Below, one piece after another: positions 24,846 to 37,752 of a stretch of DNA of 64,000 nucleotides. Numbering within the stretch: position 1 is the stretch's first letter; each line of letters starts with the position of its first letter. The stretch lies in NCBI RefSeq assembly GCF_001194135.2, contig NC_068983.1, positions 134,426,756-134,490,755 of the forward strand. Reading direction: 5' to 3'. The stretch comes from Octopus bimaculoides (lineage: Eukaryota). The translations under genes were made by a program, and so were the position numbers. The notes beneath the pieces are model-generated. The model was given only the letters and a program-made list of their open reading frames with translations. It was not told where the DNA came from and did no database searches.

Positions 24846-26239
24846 GTGAGTCAAAACATTGATTGCAATAATTTCCATCATATCAACTAACCTCATCACT
24901 GCTATTAGCAACATCAGCAATACTTTATCATCCTCATCTCATCAGATTCATTGCCACCACCATTGTCATCTTCAAGAATTTTACATCCATATTTTGCTCA
25001 TGTTTTTTTAAGTTAGTTGGTTCTGTAATATTACACCTCACTACTGTTTTTCTTAATTCATTTTGCAGTTTTCAGCACATAATTAAGCCACTCTCTATCA
25101 TCATCATATAGTGTAATTTCTCTTAGGTTTTGTCTAACTAGTTCTTCCACAATCTTTTTTGATTTACCAGCCCACCAACTGCCCACAGTAACTAGTTTTA
25201 ATTCCACTAGTCATATCCATCCACCTCATAATTTCCGCATTACTTCTACCCGAGCTAGCAACAACTATTAGTCATATTTCTCTCAAATTGTACTTAACTA
25301 TTTTGTTTCCTCTCCTGGGCTGCCTCTACTTCTAGCTTCCATCAATTATTTCAGTTACCACCACCAGACTTTGTGGAAATCACATTGTAACCCTGCCTCC
25401 ATTTACCTTCAGCTCCCAGTCACCAATCATCCCACTTTTTCCATCTATCACTGCTTCCAATTATATACCATTTTCTATCTATAATCACCCCAAGCTTCCT
25501 TTGCTACCATCAACCCCTAGCCATCTACTTTCATGTTGTCCTAGATCTAGGTAGAGGTAAAATGGTCACAAGCATAATACAGTGGACTACCAACTTCTAC
25601 TTTATGAGTTCAAATCTGCATCAAGTATCTGTTGAGTATTTAAGCAGAACACCTTATTCTGTATTGCCTTGGTTCACTCAGCTGTCACGAATAGACACCA
25701 GATCATCTGGATGTGTTACTTGCGATTACTTTTTATCTGCTTCATGCCATGAAACCAGAATTTAACACCTGTTATCAATGTGGCCTTTTATCATCATCTT
25801 CATTTAATATCCGTTTTCCATGTTGGCATGGGTTGAAGGCTATACCAGGTCCCATAGTCTGTTTTGGCTTAGTTTCTAAAGCTGGATGCCCTTCCTGATG
25901 ACAACCACTTTACAGAGTGTACTGGATGATTTTTTATGTGCTACCATCATCAGTGCTTTTTATGTGCCACCAGCACTTTTGGTTTATTACAGTTTTCAGT
26001 TACCCTCAACCACTACTCATACCCTTTCATGGTACCCTCAGTCCACTTTTACTACCTTGGTCTATCTTAATTCCAATTAACACTAATTACCTTACAATAC
26101 CCTTATCTATCATTGTCCCTCAGATGCCATAAACACTCATTCCACGATCTCCTTCATCTATGTCTGTACCTAGTTATTTGCAACCACTAAGTACCTCAAA
26201 ATCCACCATGGCTTAATCTCATATTTCTCCTGTTGACAG

Positions 26240-26357
26240 GTACACAACATCTTTCATCAAAAGGACATCTGTGTAGTGAATGGTCCAAAGCCTTATGACA
26301 AAGCTAAACTAGAGAAACTTGTAGTGCAGTACGGAGGACAAATTGTACAGAACCCAG
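26240..26357 (+). CDS. LIG4: LIG4 exon (BRCT1 start, ...GGQIVQNP)
   Basis: gacag|...|gtaagg, phase 0/1. Confidence 0.94.
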
Positions 26358-27629
26358 GTAAGGTAGTCACTTCTAAAGCTGTAGCATAGTACAGATTGAT
26401 TTAGTACATAGTACATTGTTGTTTAACCCCAGGTCAGTGCTGACTGAGCAAACCTGTGATCAAAGGTATGTCAGCTGTGACCATCCCATTTTTATTCATT
26501 CTCAGTATTGATGATGATTGCATGCCTGATAAATTAGGATGTAATTAGAAAGAGCTTTGGCTGTTATTCCAAGCAGGCTGATCAACCATGTATAGATTCC
26601 CATAGTTTGGTGTAGTGTAGTATGGTCTATATACTACACAGGACCCAAGATATGTAGTCACCTCTATGAGTATAGTATAGGTGTAGTGTGGTGTGTATCT
26701 GGTATAGAATCCAAAAAATAAAGTGATCTCTACTATAAAGTAGTGTAATGTAAATCACTTCTGTAACTATAGTACAATGTAGTAATGGTATGTAGTCAGT
26801 ACAGGACCCAAGTAATGTAGTTACTTTTATAGTACTAGCATGATGCAACATTGAAACAGGTCCTGTGATCTTAATATAACTCTGCTGAAAGTTTCATGTC
26901 CTCATGATAGGGGCAAGTCAGCTTATTCTTCTCCAGGCTATTGGCTAGATGAAATTTGCAAATATGAGGAGCAAATGAAGTAAACTATTTCAACTACAGA
27001 CTTCAATTTTCTAATGATCATATCACTGCTTCATCACCAGTGTACTGTAGTATAACATTTTGAAATATGTGGAAAAACCATAGAGAATCTAGGTAAAAGA
27101 GAGATATTCAGTGAAATACACAAAGCAATGAAACAAGATCAGATTGTCCAGAATTTAAGCCATGGCACCTTTCAGCAATGCAGACTGATAAGTTAAATTT
27201 ACAAAGCTCAATATAGTCATCTCCTGCACAACTACTGTGAAATATATTGTAGTATACTAGTATAATATAATATAGCAAAGTACATTTTCTACAGTGTAAT
27301 TCAGTACAGTTTCTTTAATGAAAGATATACAGTACTATGTAGTGATGTAGTTTTTATAATGCAATACAACAGTTACATTGAATAGAACTTAGAAAATATC
27401 ATTTCTGTACTTATTGTGCAGTACATATATATGTGCAGAGACTGTGGCATAGTATATACTTGGCAGTATATAGTACATATGGCATGCTTTATAGTACAGA
27501 ATATATTTAAAGAAGGACTTATTCTTTGTAAGCCTAGTACTTATTCTAGTGGTCTCTTTTGCCGGACTGCTGGGTTACAGGGACAAACACAGACACACAA
27601 ACATATACACACATATACATATATATAGC

Positions 27630-27962
27630 ATCGCCTTACTGTCACTTGTGCCGGTGGCATGTGAAAAAACATTCGAGCGAGGTCGTTGCCAGTGCTGCTG
27701 GACTGGTTCCTGTGCAGGTGGCACGTAAAAAACACCATTTTGAGCGTGGCCGTTGCCAGTACTGCTGACTGGCCCTTGTGCCGGTGGCACATAAAAGCAC
27801 CCACTACACTCTTGGAGTGGTTGGCGTTAGGGCATCCAGCTGTAGAAACTCTGCCAGATCAGATTGGAGCCTGGTGCAGCCTTCTGGTTCACCAGTCCTC
27901 AGTCAAATTGTCCAATCCATGCTAGCATGGAAAGCGGACGTTAAACGATGATGATGATGATG
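27630..27962 (+). mobile_element. RTE 3' UTR with 67-nt tandem units and (GAT)n tail
   Basis: CGTTGCCAGT units start at 27684 and 27751; fused to a SINE-B fragment at 27510-27630. Confidence 0.85.
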
Positions 27963-28375
27963 TATAGTGTTAAATAGCAAAATCATCCTGAAATTGAATG
28001 AAGATGATACATTTCACAGTCCTTTTTTTTTTGCACATCAGTGTTGTATATTCAACCCACTTCTGAAATCACTCTGTAACAACCAGCCAGATGTATATAA
28101 AAATAGCATAAAATGTAGTTGCTGGTATGCAAAAACACTGCACAAATAGAACAAAATTCAAACTTCATTTTGCCTAGCTTTGAAGTATGCTGTGTTTTTT
28201 ATTTTAATACTTTACTACTTTGAAGGAACCTCCCTTAAATGAAATTCTGCAGCTACAAGTGTGTAATACCACATATGCATTAAGTATGTGGTATTGGTAA
28301 CGCTTTCATTATTGAGCTGCTTCTAATGCACACCCCCATCTCATATATTCTGCTTGTTTATTCTACCCTCATCAG

Positions 28376-28508
28376 ATTCCCAGACATACTGTGTGTTGGC
28401 TGACAAGAAGACTTACCAAGTGAACCATTATATCAAAAGTAACATTTACAACATCATTAATGTCAGCTGGTTTTTAAATTGCATTGAAAATAGAAAGCTG
28501 CTTCCTTG
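28376..28508 (+). CDS. LIG4: LIG4 exon (BRCT1, TYCVLADKK...VSWFLNCIENRKLLP)
   Basis: atcag|...|gtaagt, phase 1/2. Confidence 0.94.
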
Positions 28509-28836
28509 GTAAGTTTGAGCAATTGTCAGATTTGTAATTTTAAAGAACAATAATCTATTGAAGTTATTCTGCTTTAAAATATGTTGCATCAAAAATTTGA
28601 GTCACTGTCCAAATCTAAAGAACCATCGAAGTCATTTTGAAATGTGAAAATGGTTTAAGAAAAACAAAACTAGATGATATAAAATACATTCATCTCTATA
28701 TTGACAATTTTAATCACAATATGTAAAGAAACCTTTAAAGACCAAAAATTTGATAGTCTGATAATTAAAATATCTTCCTCATGGATTCAGGATGTATAAC
28801 TTATAAACTTGTATATTATAAATATTTATTTTCAAG

Positions 28837-28972
28837 GACTCCCAAAAATATCATCCATGCTACAGAGGCCACAATTGCTAAGATAAGAGAAGACTTTGAT
28901 GAGTATGGAGACAATTATACTGATCACTCAACATATGAGGACTTGAAAGATGTCTTTTCTAAAATAAAATTG
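28837..28972 (+). CDS. LIG4: LIG4 exon (XRCC4-interacting region, FDEYGDNYT...LKDVFSKIKL)
   Basis: ttcaag|...|gtaaga, phase 2/0. Confidence 0.95.
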
Positions 28973-29917
28973 GTAAGAGACTATTTCTTCTTTGGTTGTT
29001 TGAACTATTCATGTATTCAGCTACTCCACCACAACTATGCATTACCCCAGTTATATGGAGTTAACCCTTTAGGATTGACTAGAGAATACATCTCTTGCAT
29101 AACATGCTCAACTATCTCAGAAAATATTCCCAACAGATTCAGTATCTATTTCCAATAATTAAATGAACTGCCAAGTCACAAAGAATTTCAGTTTATTGTA
29201 AAAATATACACTAAAACACATGTAATAGATTTGAACTTAAGATCTATAACTTGAAATATCCAGTAGGATATGCATTCAGCACTTCAATATAAGCATTAGT
29301 TTTGAGAGAAGATCAGCTTAAGTTATAGTTGTAATGGTCTTCGAAGTGGTTGTCATTACCAAATCAGTGAAAGATTAACCATTCCTTTTATTTTCCTCGA
29401 CAGTTCACTGTATTCTTGAACCTATTTATATTATTGGTTTCAATATTAAGTGGTTGTTGTTTACAGCCTTATTGATGTTGTGCTATGTCACCTTTTGCTG
29501 GCTTAACTGTGTATAGATATCTAAGCTATCAGAAGAGCAGTTACAAGCTTACCATGGGAATGTTAGTTTGTAGTGCCAATGTAAATCTTTCTGTATTTTC
29601 ACTATTTTAAGACACACTCAAATGGGTTGAAACTCAAACGAGATTATTATTAAAGTTGTACTGGGCTCCTACCTAGACAGAGGATTGAACATTTCTTACC
29701 ATTATTAGTTTCACTCAGTTAAGAAAAGAGAGCAACTATCTGATAAAGTATGAGACTTAACTGAAGACTCTTTTTCTGATTAGATGTATTCTATTCACAT
29801 ATCCAGTCTGGTGTATAACTTTCAGAGAAACTTCCACTTTTAAGAAATTGTTCATTGACTCTTGTAATGTGAACTTATTCAACTGATGCACTCGTTATGC
29901 TCTACATTTCATTTTAA

Positions 29918-30054
29918 CCCTTTAGCATTCACATTATTCTGTTAGGTAACTTATTCATATTATTTTCAATTAATCATAACTTCAAGATTTTGATGATGTG
30001 ATTTATTTTTGACATTGTTGGTAGGTGTGAGAGACCAGATTAAATGCTAAAGAG
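29918..30054. mobile_element. TTAA-flanked piggyBac-like MITE (short copy)
   Basis: TTAA|CCCTTTAGCATT...AATGCTAAAGAG|TTAA. Confidence 0.75.
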
Positions 30055-30178
30055 TTAAACATGAAATGTTATAAACCACATATATATATATATATTGTAC
30101 TGTTGTATAACTGCATATTGTGGCTTCTGCACATATATACTAGTAAAGTAAAAATTTTCTTTTTCCCCCCCTTCTAAG

Positions 30179-30267
30179 ACTAAATATCTAAGTCCTGAAG
30201 AGATTACAGAAATAGAAGATGAATATTTCCCAATGGAGTCTCCATATGGATTGTTCAGGTTGTGCAA
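30179..30267 (+). CDS. LIG4: LIG4 exon (TKYLSPEEITEIEDEYFPMESPYGLFRLC)
   Basis: ctaag|...|gtaagt, phase 0/2. Confidence 0.92.
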
Positions 30268-30664
30268 GTAAGTATAAAAAGTGGGCAGTATTGTTCACCT
30301 GTCTTCTGTTAAGACAGTTTAGAATGTGAAAAGAAATGCATATAACACAGATACTGCTTATGCAGCTTGAATCTGTGTTTTGTATTTTAGTTTATATTCT
30401 TAAGTTTGTTTTATGTCTAGAAATTAGCAATGTTACACAATAAGTACTGAAAGAAAACATTGAATATAATTAGATGATAAATTTCAACATTTGAAAAAAA
30501 GATGTGTTGTTTAAACCATAAATGGGAATTTCATGATTTTATTTATGATAAAATTGCATGTTTTCTTAAGCTGAAATATGAAAGGAACTGAATAGAACCT
30601 GAAATTATTTTAGTGAAGAGAAAATAAAATGGGCAGCCAAGTTAACTGTTTTCTGTTTTTCTAG

Positions 30665-30814
30665 AGTATATGTGGACAACAAATTGGACCCTAATGATGA
30701 CAATTACCTTCAGCATTCTCCGTTAACATTGTTGGCTTTGGAAATGAGGTATTTCGGAGCCACAGTTCTGCCAGTATTGGACAATTCAGTATCCCACTTG
30801 ATAATGGACAAAAA
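30665..30814 (+). CDS. LIG4: LIG4 exon (BRCT2, VYVD...LALEMRYFGATV...SVSHLIMD)
   Basis: tctag|...|gtgagt, phase 2/2. Confidence 0.95.
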
Positions 30815-31236
30815 GTGAGTCATTTTATTTTCTAAGAAGTTAAGAATTCAGTTCTCTAACTTCATGATGGTATTAACTTAACATTACTTACAGATTTATT
30901 ATTTGAAAAGAATGTACTTCAAGATATTTCATCAATGTAAGTCTCTCTAGGCCTTACAAGGCACTTGAGAACCAAGGTTTAGCTTCAAAGCAAGAAGTAG
31001 ACAAGAGACAAACATAGTCAAAGTGGATTCTGAACACAAAAATTATATTTGATACATATATATATATATAATTGGCTATTTTACCATCTGAAAAGGAAAT
31101 TGCAGTAATTAATGATGGAAATGTATGAAATTACAAAACATCTCCAATAGCAATAACCATTCAGATTTTTAAACAAGAATAACAAAAAGTCCAGCTATTT
31201 CAGGAAATTCAATTGCATTAATTTGTTTCATTGCAG

Positions 31237-31372
31237 TCACCTAGAGAGGTTGGATATGTTCAAATATAAACGGTGCCAATCAGAAAAGAAGTTCCACATC
31301 CTTAATTCAGAATGGGTCAAAGAATGTATAAGAGAAGGTTGTTTATGTCCAGAACAGTTGTTTTTGCTGTAA
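31237..31372 (+). CDS. LIG4: LIG4 last coding exon (...KKFHILNSEWVKECI...LFLL*)
   Basis: ttgcag acceptor, BRCT2 tryptophan motif, TAA at 31370-31372; AATAAA at 31560-31565. Confidence 0.95.
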
Positions 31373-32249
31373 ACTTCAGTACAATGTTTTTTCCTCAGTA
31401 CATTTAGCTGTAAATAGGTCCAACAGAGTGTGTGTACAGCTCAATTCAACCAACTTGAGAGTCTGATTGAGACAAATTTCAAAAGGAGTTGCCTTTCACA
31501 CAAAAATATTTTAATTGATTAAAAATTGAAGTTTATTTATATTTTATTACAAAATAATTAATAAAAAAAAATGTGCAACTCCTGATTCTTTTTTGGTTCA
31601 TCATCTATGATACAGCAAATGAATGAGTTACTAATAAGTGCCTTGTATTCAATGGCAAAGACACTTTTATAGTTCAAAATTATATAAATTCTATCTTGGT
31701 GATCAACTAAATGTCCATTATATCAGCTGCAAGAGAAGCCAAGTTTCCATTCTGTTGCAAGTTTAGGTAGTATAAAACTTGTTTGTAAATAAGGTTTCAC
31801 TCTTTTGATACCAAAACTGAGACAGCTTCTAGTTCTATGATACTTGTTTTAAAGTGATCTAAATTTAACCTTCCATAAAAATTTAATGTTTGTTTAGATT
31901 TGGAAATACAAGCTTAATAATGACTATTTTATTTTGTGAAGTGCTTCATAATTTTCAAAATTAATTGAAGTAAAAGCAACGTATTCCAACAAAAAGATTA
32001 ACTACACTATTCATATGTATTATTGAAAAAATTCTGTCAATAACTTTGAACAACCAAGAGGTCACTATAAAATTTAATACTAAAAGAAATGTAGGAAATT
32101 ATCCCACATATTGTCATATCTAGAATCAGAGGAATCCAATGAGAATCTGTGTGGGCAACAAATAGCCCAAGAGAAAATGTATTTTAAATAAACTACCTGA
32201 AGAAAGGAAAAGATCTGAATCAAAACAAGATACCTGCATATTGCAGTGG

Positions 32250-33270
32250 TAATGTGTTTGGTGGTAGAGTACTGATGGAGGTCATAAGTATGTAGGATGA
32301 TTTAATGTGGCTTCTGAGTGGTGGTGGTGGTGGATGGCAAGATGAAATGTAAGACATGCACAAAAGGAATGGTTAAAAGTAGCAGAGTTAGTATAAGTGT
32401 GTTCATCTATATATTAGGGAGATGAGATTAGAGTAAATTTAACCTGTTGATGGTGCTTGCCTAAGAGAGGCTAGTGTTGGAGTGGCTAAAGAAATTAAAA
32501 GGTTTGAGAAGATGGTGGGAGAGGAGAGTTTTTTAAATGTGGCCCAGTGAGCTACATTTAAAGAGAGCATGGATTCAGGTAAGCGTAGAGGAGTAAGGTG
32601 AAATGAAATACAATTACTTGATAAACAGTCAATCACAATATAAGATGAATTGTTATGAAGGCTAGATTTGGTGTGAGGTTTAAGTAGGTGAGGATTGTTA
32701 AACAGAGGCATTTGTGACTTTTAAAGCAGAATGGAAATTGTTAACAAAAGCAGTGAGCTCCTCATGAGTAAACAACTATATAATTTAGAGTTAGAGGCCA
32801 GTGAAGAAGGTGAAAACTTTACCAATAAACAAGTGTGTCCTTGTAGCCAATCCAGTGACTTACCAATAGAACAAGGAAATAATTTGAGGACTAAGAGTCC
32901 ATCATAAAAAGGATGATGGTGCAAATATATTAAGAAAGGATTTGCAGAGAAAAGGGTGAATTATGTATATGGGGTGGAAGGGCCACTACACTTGTTCAAG
33001 TTAGCTACAGATGATGTTGGATCAATGTATTTTAAGGAGGAATTATATTGATAGATGAGGTTAGTGAATGGGGTAGGAAGAGGTTTTCGTTGTGGTGGGT
33101 TTGATCATTGAATGGATTTAGACTAACTTCAGCAAACCCCTATACTGAGTACTTCATTCCAAAGGAAATGCTCAGTATTGGGTCAGATCCATAGAAGAAT
33201 GAAGTGGAGACCTCTATCCAAGATCAAGTGATTTGTTAGCCTTCTTTAACAGAAGTAAACCATATCTATG
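32250..33270 (-). mobile_element. heavily decayed LINE-like segment (family uncertain)
   Basis: Purine-skewed block distinct from flanking AT-rich DNA, with broken ORFs; no diagnostic motif confidently read. Confidence 0.35.
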
Positions 33271-33299
33271 AAGGTCATGATGAGGTTGATTAGACTTTA

Positions 33300-36200
33300 A
33301 ATCAATATATATCATTTACGAAATTGCATAAAACTGGAGGGGAGGAGTGACCTTTCTTAACCAGCAGTTTCCTCTATACTAAACCAGTTTTCAATAATTC
33401 CTATTGTTAAATATCTTGAAGCTATCTTATATTTCTGGTAATACATTAGTGACATTATTTTCATGTAATTGTAAAATATAGATAGATGCTAGCATAGGAC
33501 AAATTTGACATTTTTATAACAATTATGTTGGAAATGAGCTAATAAAGAGTAGTACTCAAGAATATCTTCTTTGAACATGTCAATCCTTCAATTCCATATC
33601 ACAGTTTTAACTAGCAATAGATTTTCTCAGATAGAAATCTCAGTTTGACTTCATTCATATTACTTCAAATCAATTATTTGCACAATCTGTTGTAGACAAC
33701 CAGTCTGGTAATTTATCCAAATAATCATACATGTTTACATCAAATTGCTCTCAAACAATGAAAGACTGAACAAATGCATGCATAGACACAAAAGAAAGAA
33801 AACTAAATTCTTCCATGATACCAACCAGTTTATTCAGCATGCTTTACTTTAAAATCAGAAGACAAAACATACAAGCAGACAATGTCTGGCAGTATAAAGA
33901 GACAACTAGGTTTCTTGTTAATTGAAACAGTTGTCTTTATGCCTTTGTTAACTACATAACCTGTTAACTCATTACAGCCAGTTTATAACCAACATTGCTG
34001 GCTGCTCATCTATACCTGTTGTTGTTGCTGCCAGAACAGAATCTAAAGCAGAAAAATCAACTGCTAGTAACCTTAATTGTAAGAATATTGAAGATGGGAG
34101 GAGAGAGAGTAGAGTGTCAGTATTAAAATTGCAGACAATAGTTGACTTCTAGAATGCCTAAGCTAAAGCCAAAGCCAGCATATTATACTTGTAATTGAGC
34201 CTCAACAAATGTTTGTAGTTGAGTAATCTTTCATCATTGATTGCTTCCATAATAGTAATGTTAACAGCAAAGAAATATTTAGGTAAAAAAAAAAAAAAAT
34301 TAAAAAGCAGTAGATGAATAGATTTAAACATTTTCAAAAACTAAGAGACACTTGGGCATATTTTTTTTATAATACCAAAGTGTTAATTTTTCAGTGCTGG
34401 CTTAGCTACTGTAAAATATGAGACCAGTTATTGGGGTAAAAAAAGTTCAAAGTTAGCATGCCATAAGTTTAATAATGTTAGTCAATCACAACAGTCAACA
34501 ATGTGATGCTATTTCACTTGTTTTCCAGAGAACGGCAGGCATTAATGTAAACACAGCCACACTGTATTGTAGGAATTTCTTTACCGAACAACAATAATAT
34601 ACCAACCATTCTCAAACTATATAGTGACCAACAATAATAACAATAATAGATGTCAAATTGCTTTAACGTGCACAAGACAAAACAACAGCCAAACTGATTA
34701 GATCTGTCATAATAGTAGCACAAAAAATAGCCATTTTGGCCAGGGCATTGCTTTCAAAATGCTGCCAACACACATTGCAAAGCCAGTGAGCAGGAGACCA
34801 GGTGCAGAAGACACTGTTACAATTTAGTCACACATCATTACTACAGTACGACTAACTTATAGTAATGTAACATCACCAGTTTGGATAATTCTTTGTCCAC
34901 TACAGTGTTGATGTCAACCTTTGACAACCTGACTGTCATCTAAAGATTAAGTCAAGTCAAGCAACATGCAGAAGTAGCTTCACAGAATTGTTTCTAGATA
35001 GAGTGTAGGCATCTATACAGACCAAACCAAAAGGAAGCCATAGAAATAAAAGTGTCAAAATGCACGGCATAAGACAGAACTTTACAAAGCTATTAATGGA
35101 AAGAGAGGAATGTTTGATTAAACTATTAAACAAAAAACACTGTCAGCAATATAAATTCCTTTTTCCACAAAGAATAATGGAAATAGGAACCATTTCTCTG
35201 AAAGAAAAAAAAAAGACCAAAACAAATAGTTTAGTCCTAAAGCTTCCATTTAATAAATCTGCTATTGAGAAAGGTAGACTAAAACTTAAAAAGAAAAACT
35301 AAGATGCAAATTGATAAATGAAAAACAAATCACTAGTTTTCTATTCAATCATTGATTTTAATTATTCTCAGACTAGCAGCTCTAAATATGACAAATAGGT
35401 TGCAAGGAAAAAGAACCAAGAAGGATTTTGCTCAGGAAAATCTCTTTATAACTCCAGTACAGCAATATGGACCCGAAATAGTTACAGAAGGTAAAAGCAA
35501 CTGTATGTAGAAAGGAATTATAAAATACTTCAATCTTTTTTTAAAAATGAATAATAAATATGTCATTCAAGTCTGATTGGTTCCTTTTGACATTGCCTAA
35601 TAATTAAAGGCAAACACCAGGAAACAGACACTGTTATTCAATTCAGCACCAAACAGGTTGTGGAATATTGCGACTGAGTTATGAGAGCAGGGCTGTCACA
35701 ACCAACACTATTAAATCACTAAACAGTACTATTTTCAGCCAAATTTTCTCAGAGCAAATGAGAAATAGGGGAAGGGAAAAATTATCAAAAAAGTATGTAC
35801 AGTTGTTATGGGATCAGTATTAATTTTAGCAAACAGACATTGAAATTATTGTCAAGGATAGAACATTCTAAAAAGATGTCTTAAAAAAATAAATTTTCTC
35901 AGAATTGAAAAATACAATAAAAATCTTGAATAAGCATCAAAGTGAAATTTTAAAAAAAACATTTAGAATAATCAGGGAGATAGCAGACAAGGAAGGGATC
36001 TATAAAAACAGGGGTATAGTTAATATACAAAAAAAGTGTAGAGATACTAGAGGTAAAAAGGATGAGACTAGAATGAAAAAGGAAGAATATGCATGTTCAG
36101 AGTCGTCAGTAAGGATGAAATATAACTAAGTCCAGCTCATATACAATATTTCCTCAGACTCAAATGAACTATTTTGTCTCCAACTGGTGGCAGTGTTTCC

Positions 36201-37752
36201 TATTGTTCCGCCTCCATATCTGGCACAACATGATAAAAAAATAAAAATAAATATGTTATCAGCAGACAAATTGAAAGCCAGTGGTGGAAGTCAATAATCG
36301 TTGTTGTGTAATAGTAATAGAGTACCTATAATAGCAATAGTACTTTGCCCAATTAAGAGAGCGTTCTATTATTGTCAATTATTGTTGCTTCTTTTACAAT
36401 ATAGAAGTAACGATAGGACATGCTTCTCCATCAAGGAGATTTGCTAGAAAAAGAATCATACATACAGCTATATAATATGTACATATTATATACTTTCACA
36501 AGTATATACACACTACATACATGCATATACCTACACTCATACTTTATATATACATACACATATGCATATATACATACATATACACAGATATACTTACAAA
36601 CACACTCACATAAAATACCCATGTGCAAATTTCAACAGGTTTAAAATTTAACAGGAGCATGCAATTTAAGTGCATGCAAGCAAAGTGCTGTTCACACTAA
36701 TCACTGACTGACAGGCAAATGTTGCCGTTTGCGCCAATCTGTTAAGCTGATAATGCCATCTGCACTGAAGCTGCATTTTTTATTTTTACGTAATAGTTCA
36801 AAAGTCATTGTGAGTGCAATAAAGGGGCAATCTGCTCCACACAGAGAAGAGATCATCACATTTATGTGTAGATCAGAAACAGGTTGGTTGGTTTATGTGT
36901 GTATGTGTACGCACATGCGCATTTTAGTGGTGTTGAGCCCACAAACAGATGGATCCGTCTTTTTTATTATATTTTTTTTTTTTTTGCTGCTGCATGCAAT
37001 AAAAAAANNNNNNNNNNTGGATCCGTCTTTTTTATTATATTTTTTTTTTTTTTGCTGCTGCATGCAATAAAAAAAAGGGGGGAAATACAAAACTGAAGCA
37101 GATCCAGTCAAGGGTCAACATATATTATTGAGGAGGATATTAAAGGAATATTATGGAGGAGTGAAAGAGAGAACAGCAAGTTGGTTATGGTGATGGTGGT
37201 TGTAGTATAGTAGTGGAGTTGATGACTGCAGCTGCTTGCTGTGCTTGTTTAGTGGCATAATCATCAGTTTGTCGGTCAGCAGAGGCAGGAATGCAGACAC
37301 TGTACGACAAGAAAACATGTACAAATCCCTCCCAATCACATCCCTCCCAATGAAGCTGATGATCACTTGAATTTTTTTTTTTTGTTTTACTTTCCAGTAG
37401 ACTGCTGCTTCTGCTGCAGGGGCAATTGACAATCCCCAAATAGTAATAATAGTTTTATGTTAGTAATAATACTTAGGAAATAGAGGGATCTAGAAATTAT
37501 CCACCCCCCAGTAAAACCTTTTCCATAGTTTAATTTAATTATTTCCATTAACTCCTCCGGTTTGGGGAACTGTCGTTTGCAGGGACCCACCCCCCTCCTG
37601 ACTTAGCTGAGCTGGCCCTACCTTCCCCTACGCCAACCCCTGTACGTACGGCCCCCTGGAGTAGTAGCCATGAGATTGAGGCTGCTGCTACTGCTGCTGC
37701 CGTAGCCGCTGCTGCCCCTGGTTGCTTGTTGACCATCCCTAGAACCCCTTCC
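33300..37752 (-). other. TNPO1: probable terminal (3' UTR) exon of TNPO1; distal end undetermined
   Basis: Strong acceptor TTTCTTTTCTTTTTCTTTTCAG ending at 37753; matching donor at 38695/38694; repeat-poor AT-rich sequence downstream. Confidence 0.65.

Larger units (their letters stand above)
9297..31372 (+). other. LIG4: DNA ligase IV gene span (17 visible coding exons, 2535 nt including stop, 844 aa; N-terminus missing)
   Basis: All exon phases join without stops; DNA-binding domain, adenylation motif [37 protein letters not shown] and two BRCT repeats in order. Confidence 0.97.

Noticed and set aside
14751-30178. Three LIG4 introns use AAG acceptors (14753, 28836, 30178)
   Set aside because: Canonical though less common; the reading frame and homology confirm them, and nothing suggests regulation.
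36945-37075. About 60-nt direct duplication around a 10-N gap (likewise 8821-8930)
   Set aside because: Classic contig-overlap or haplotype artefact at a minimal-size gap.
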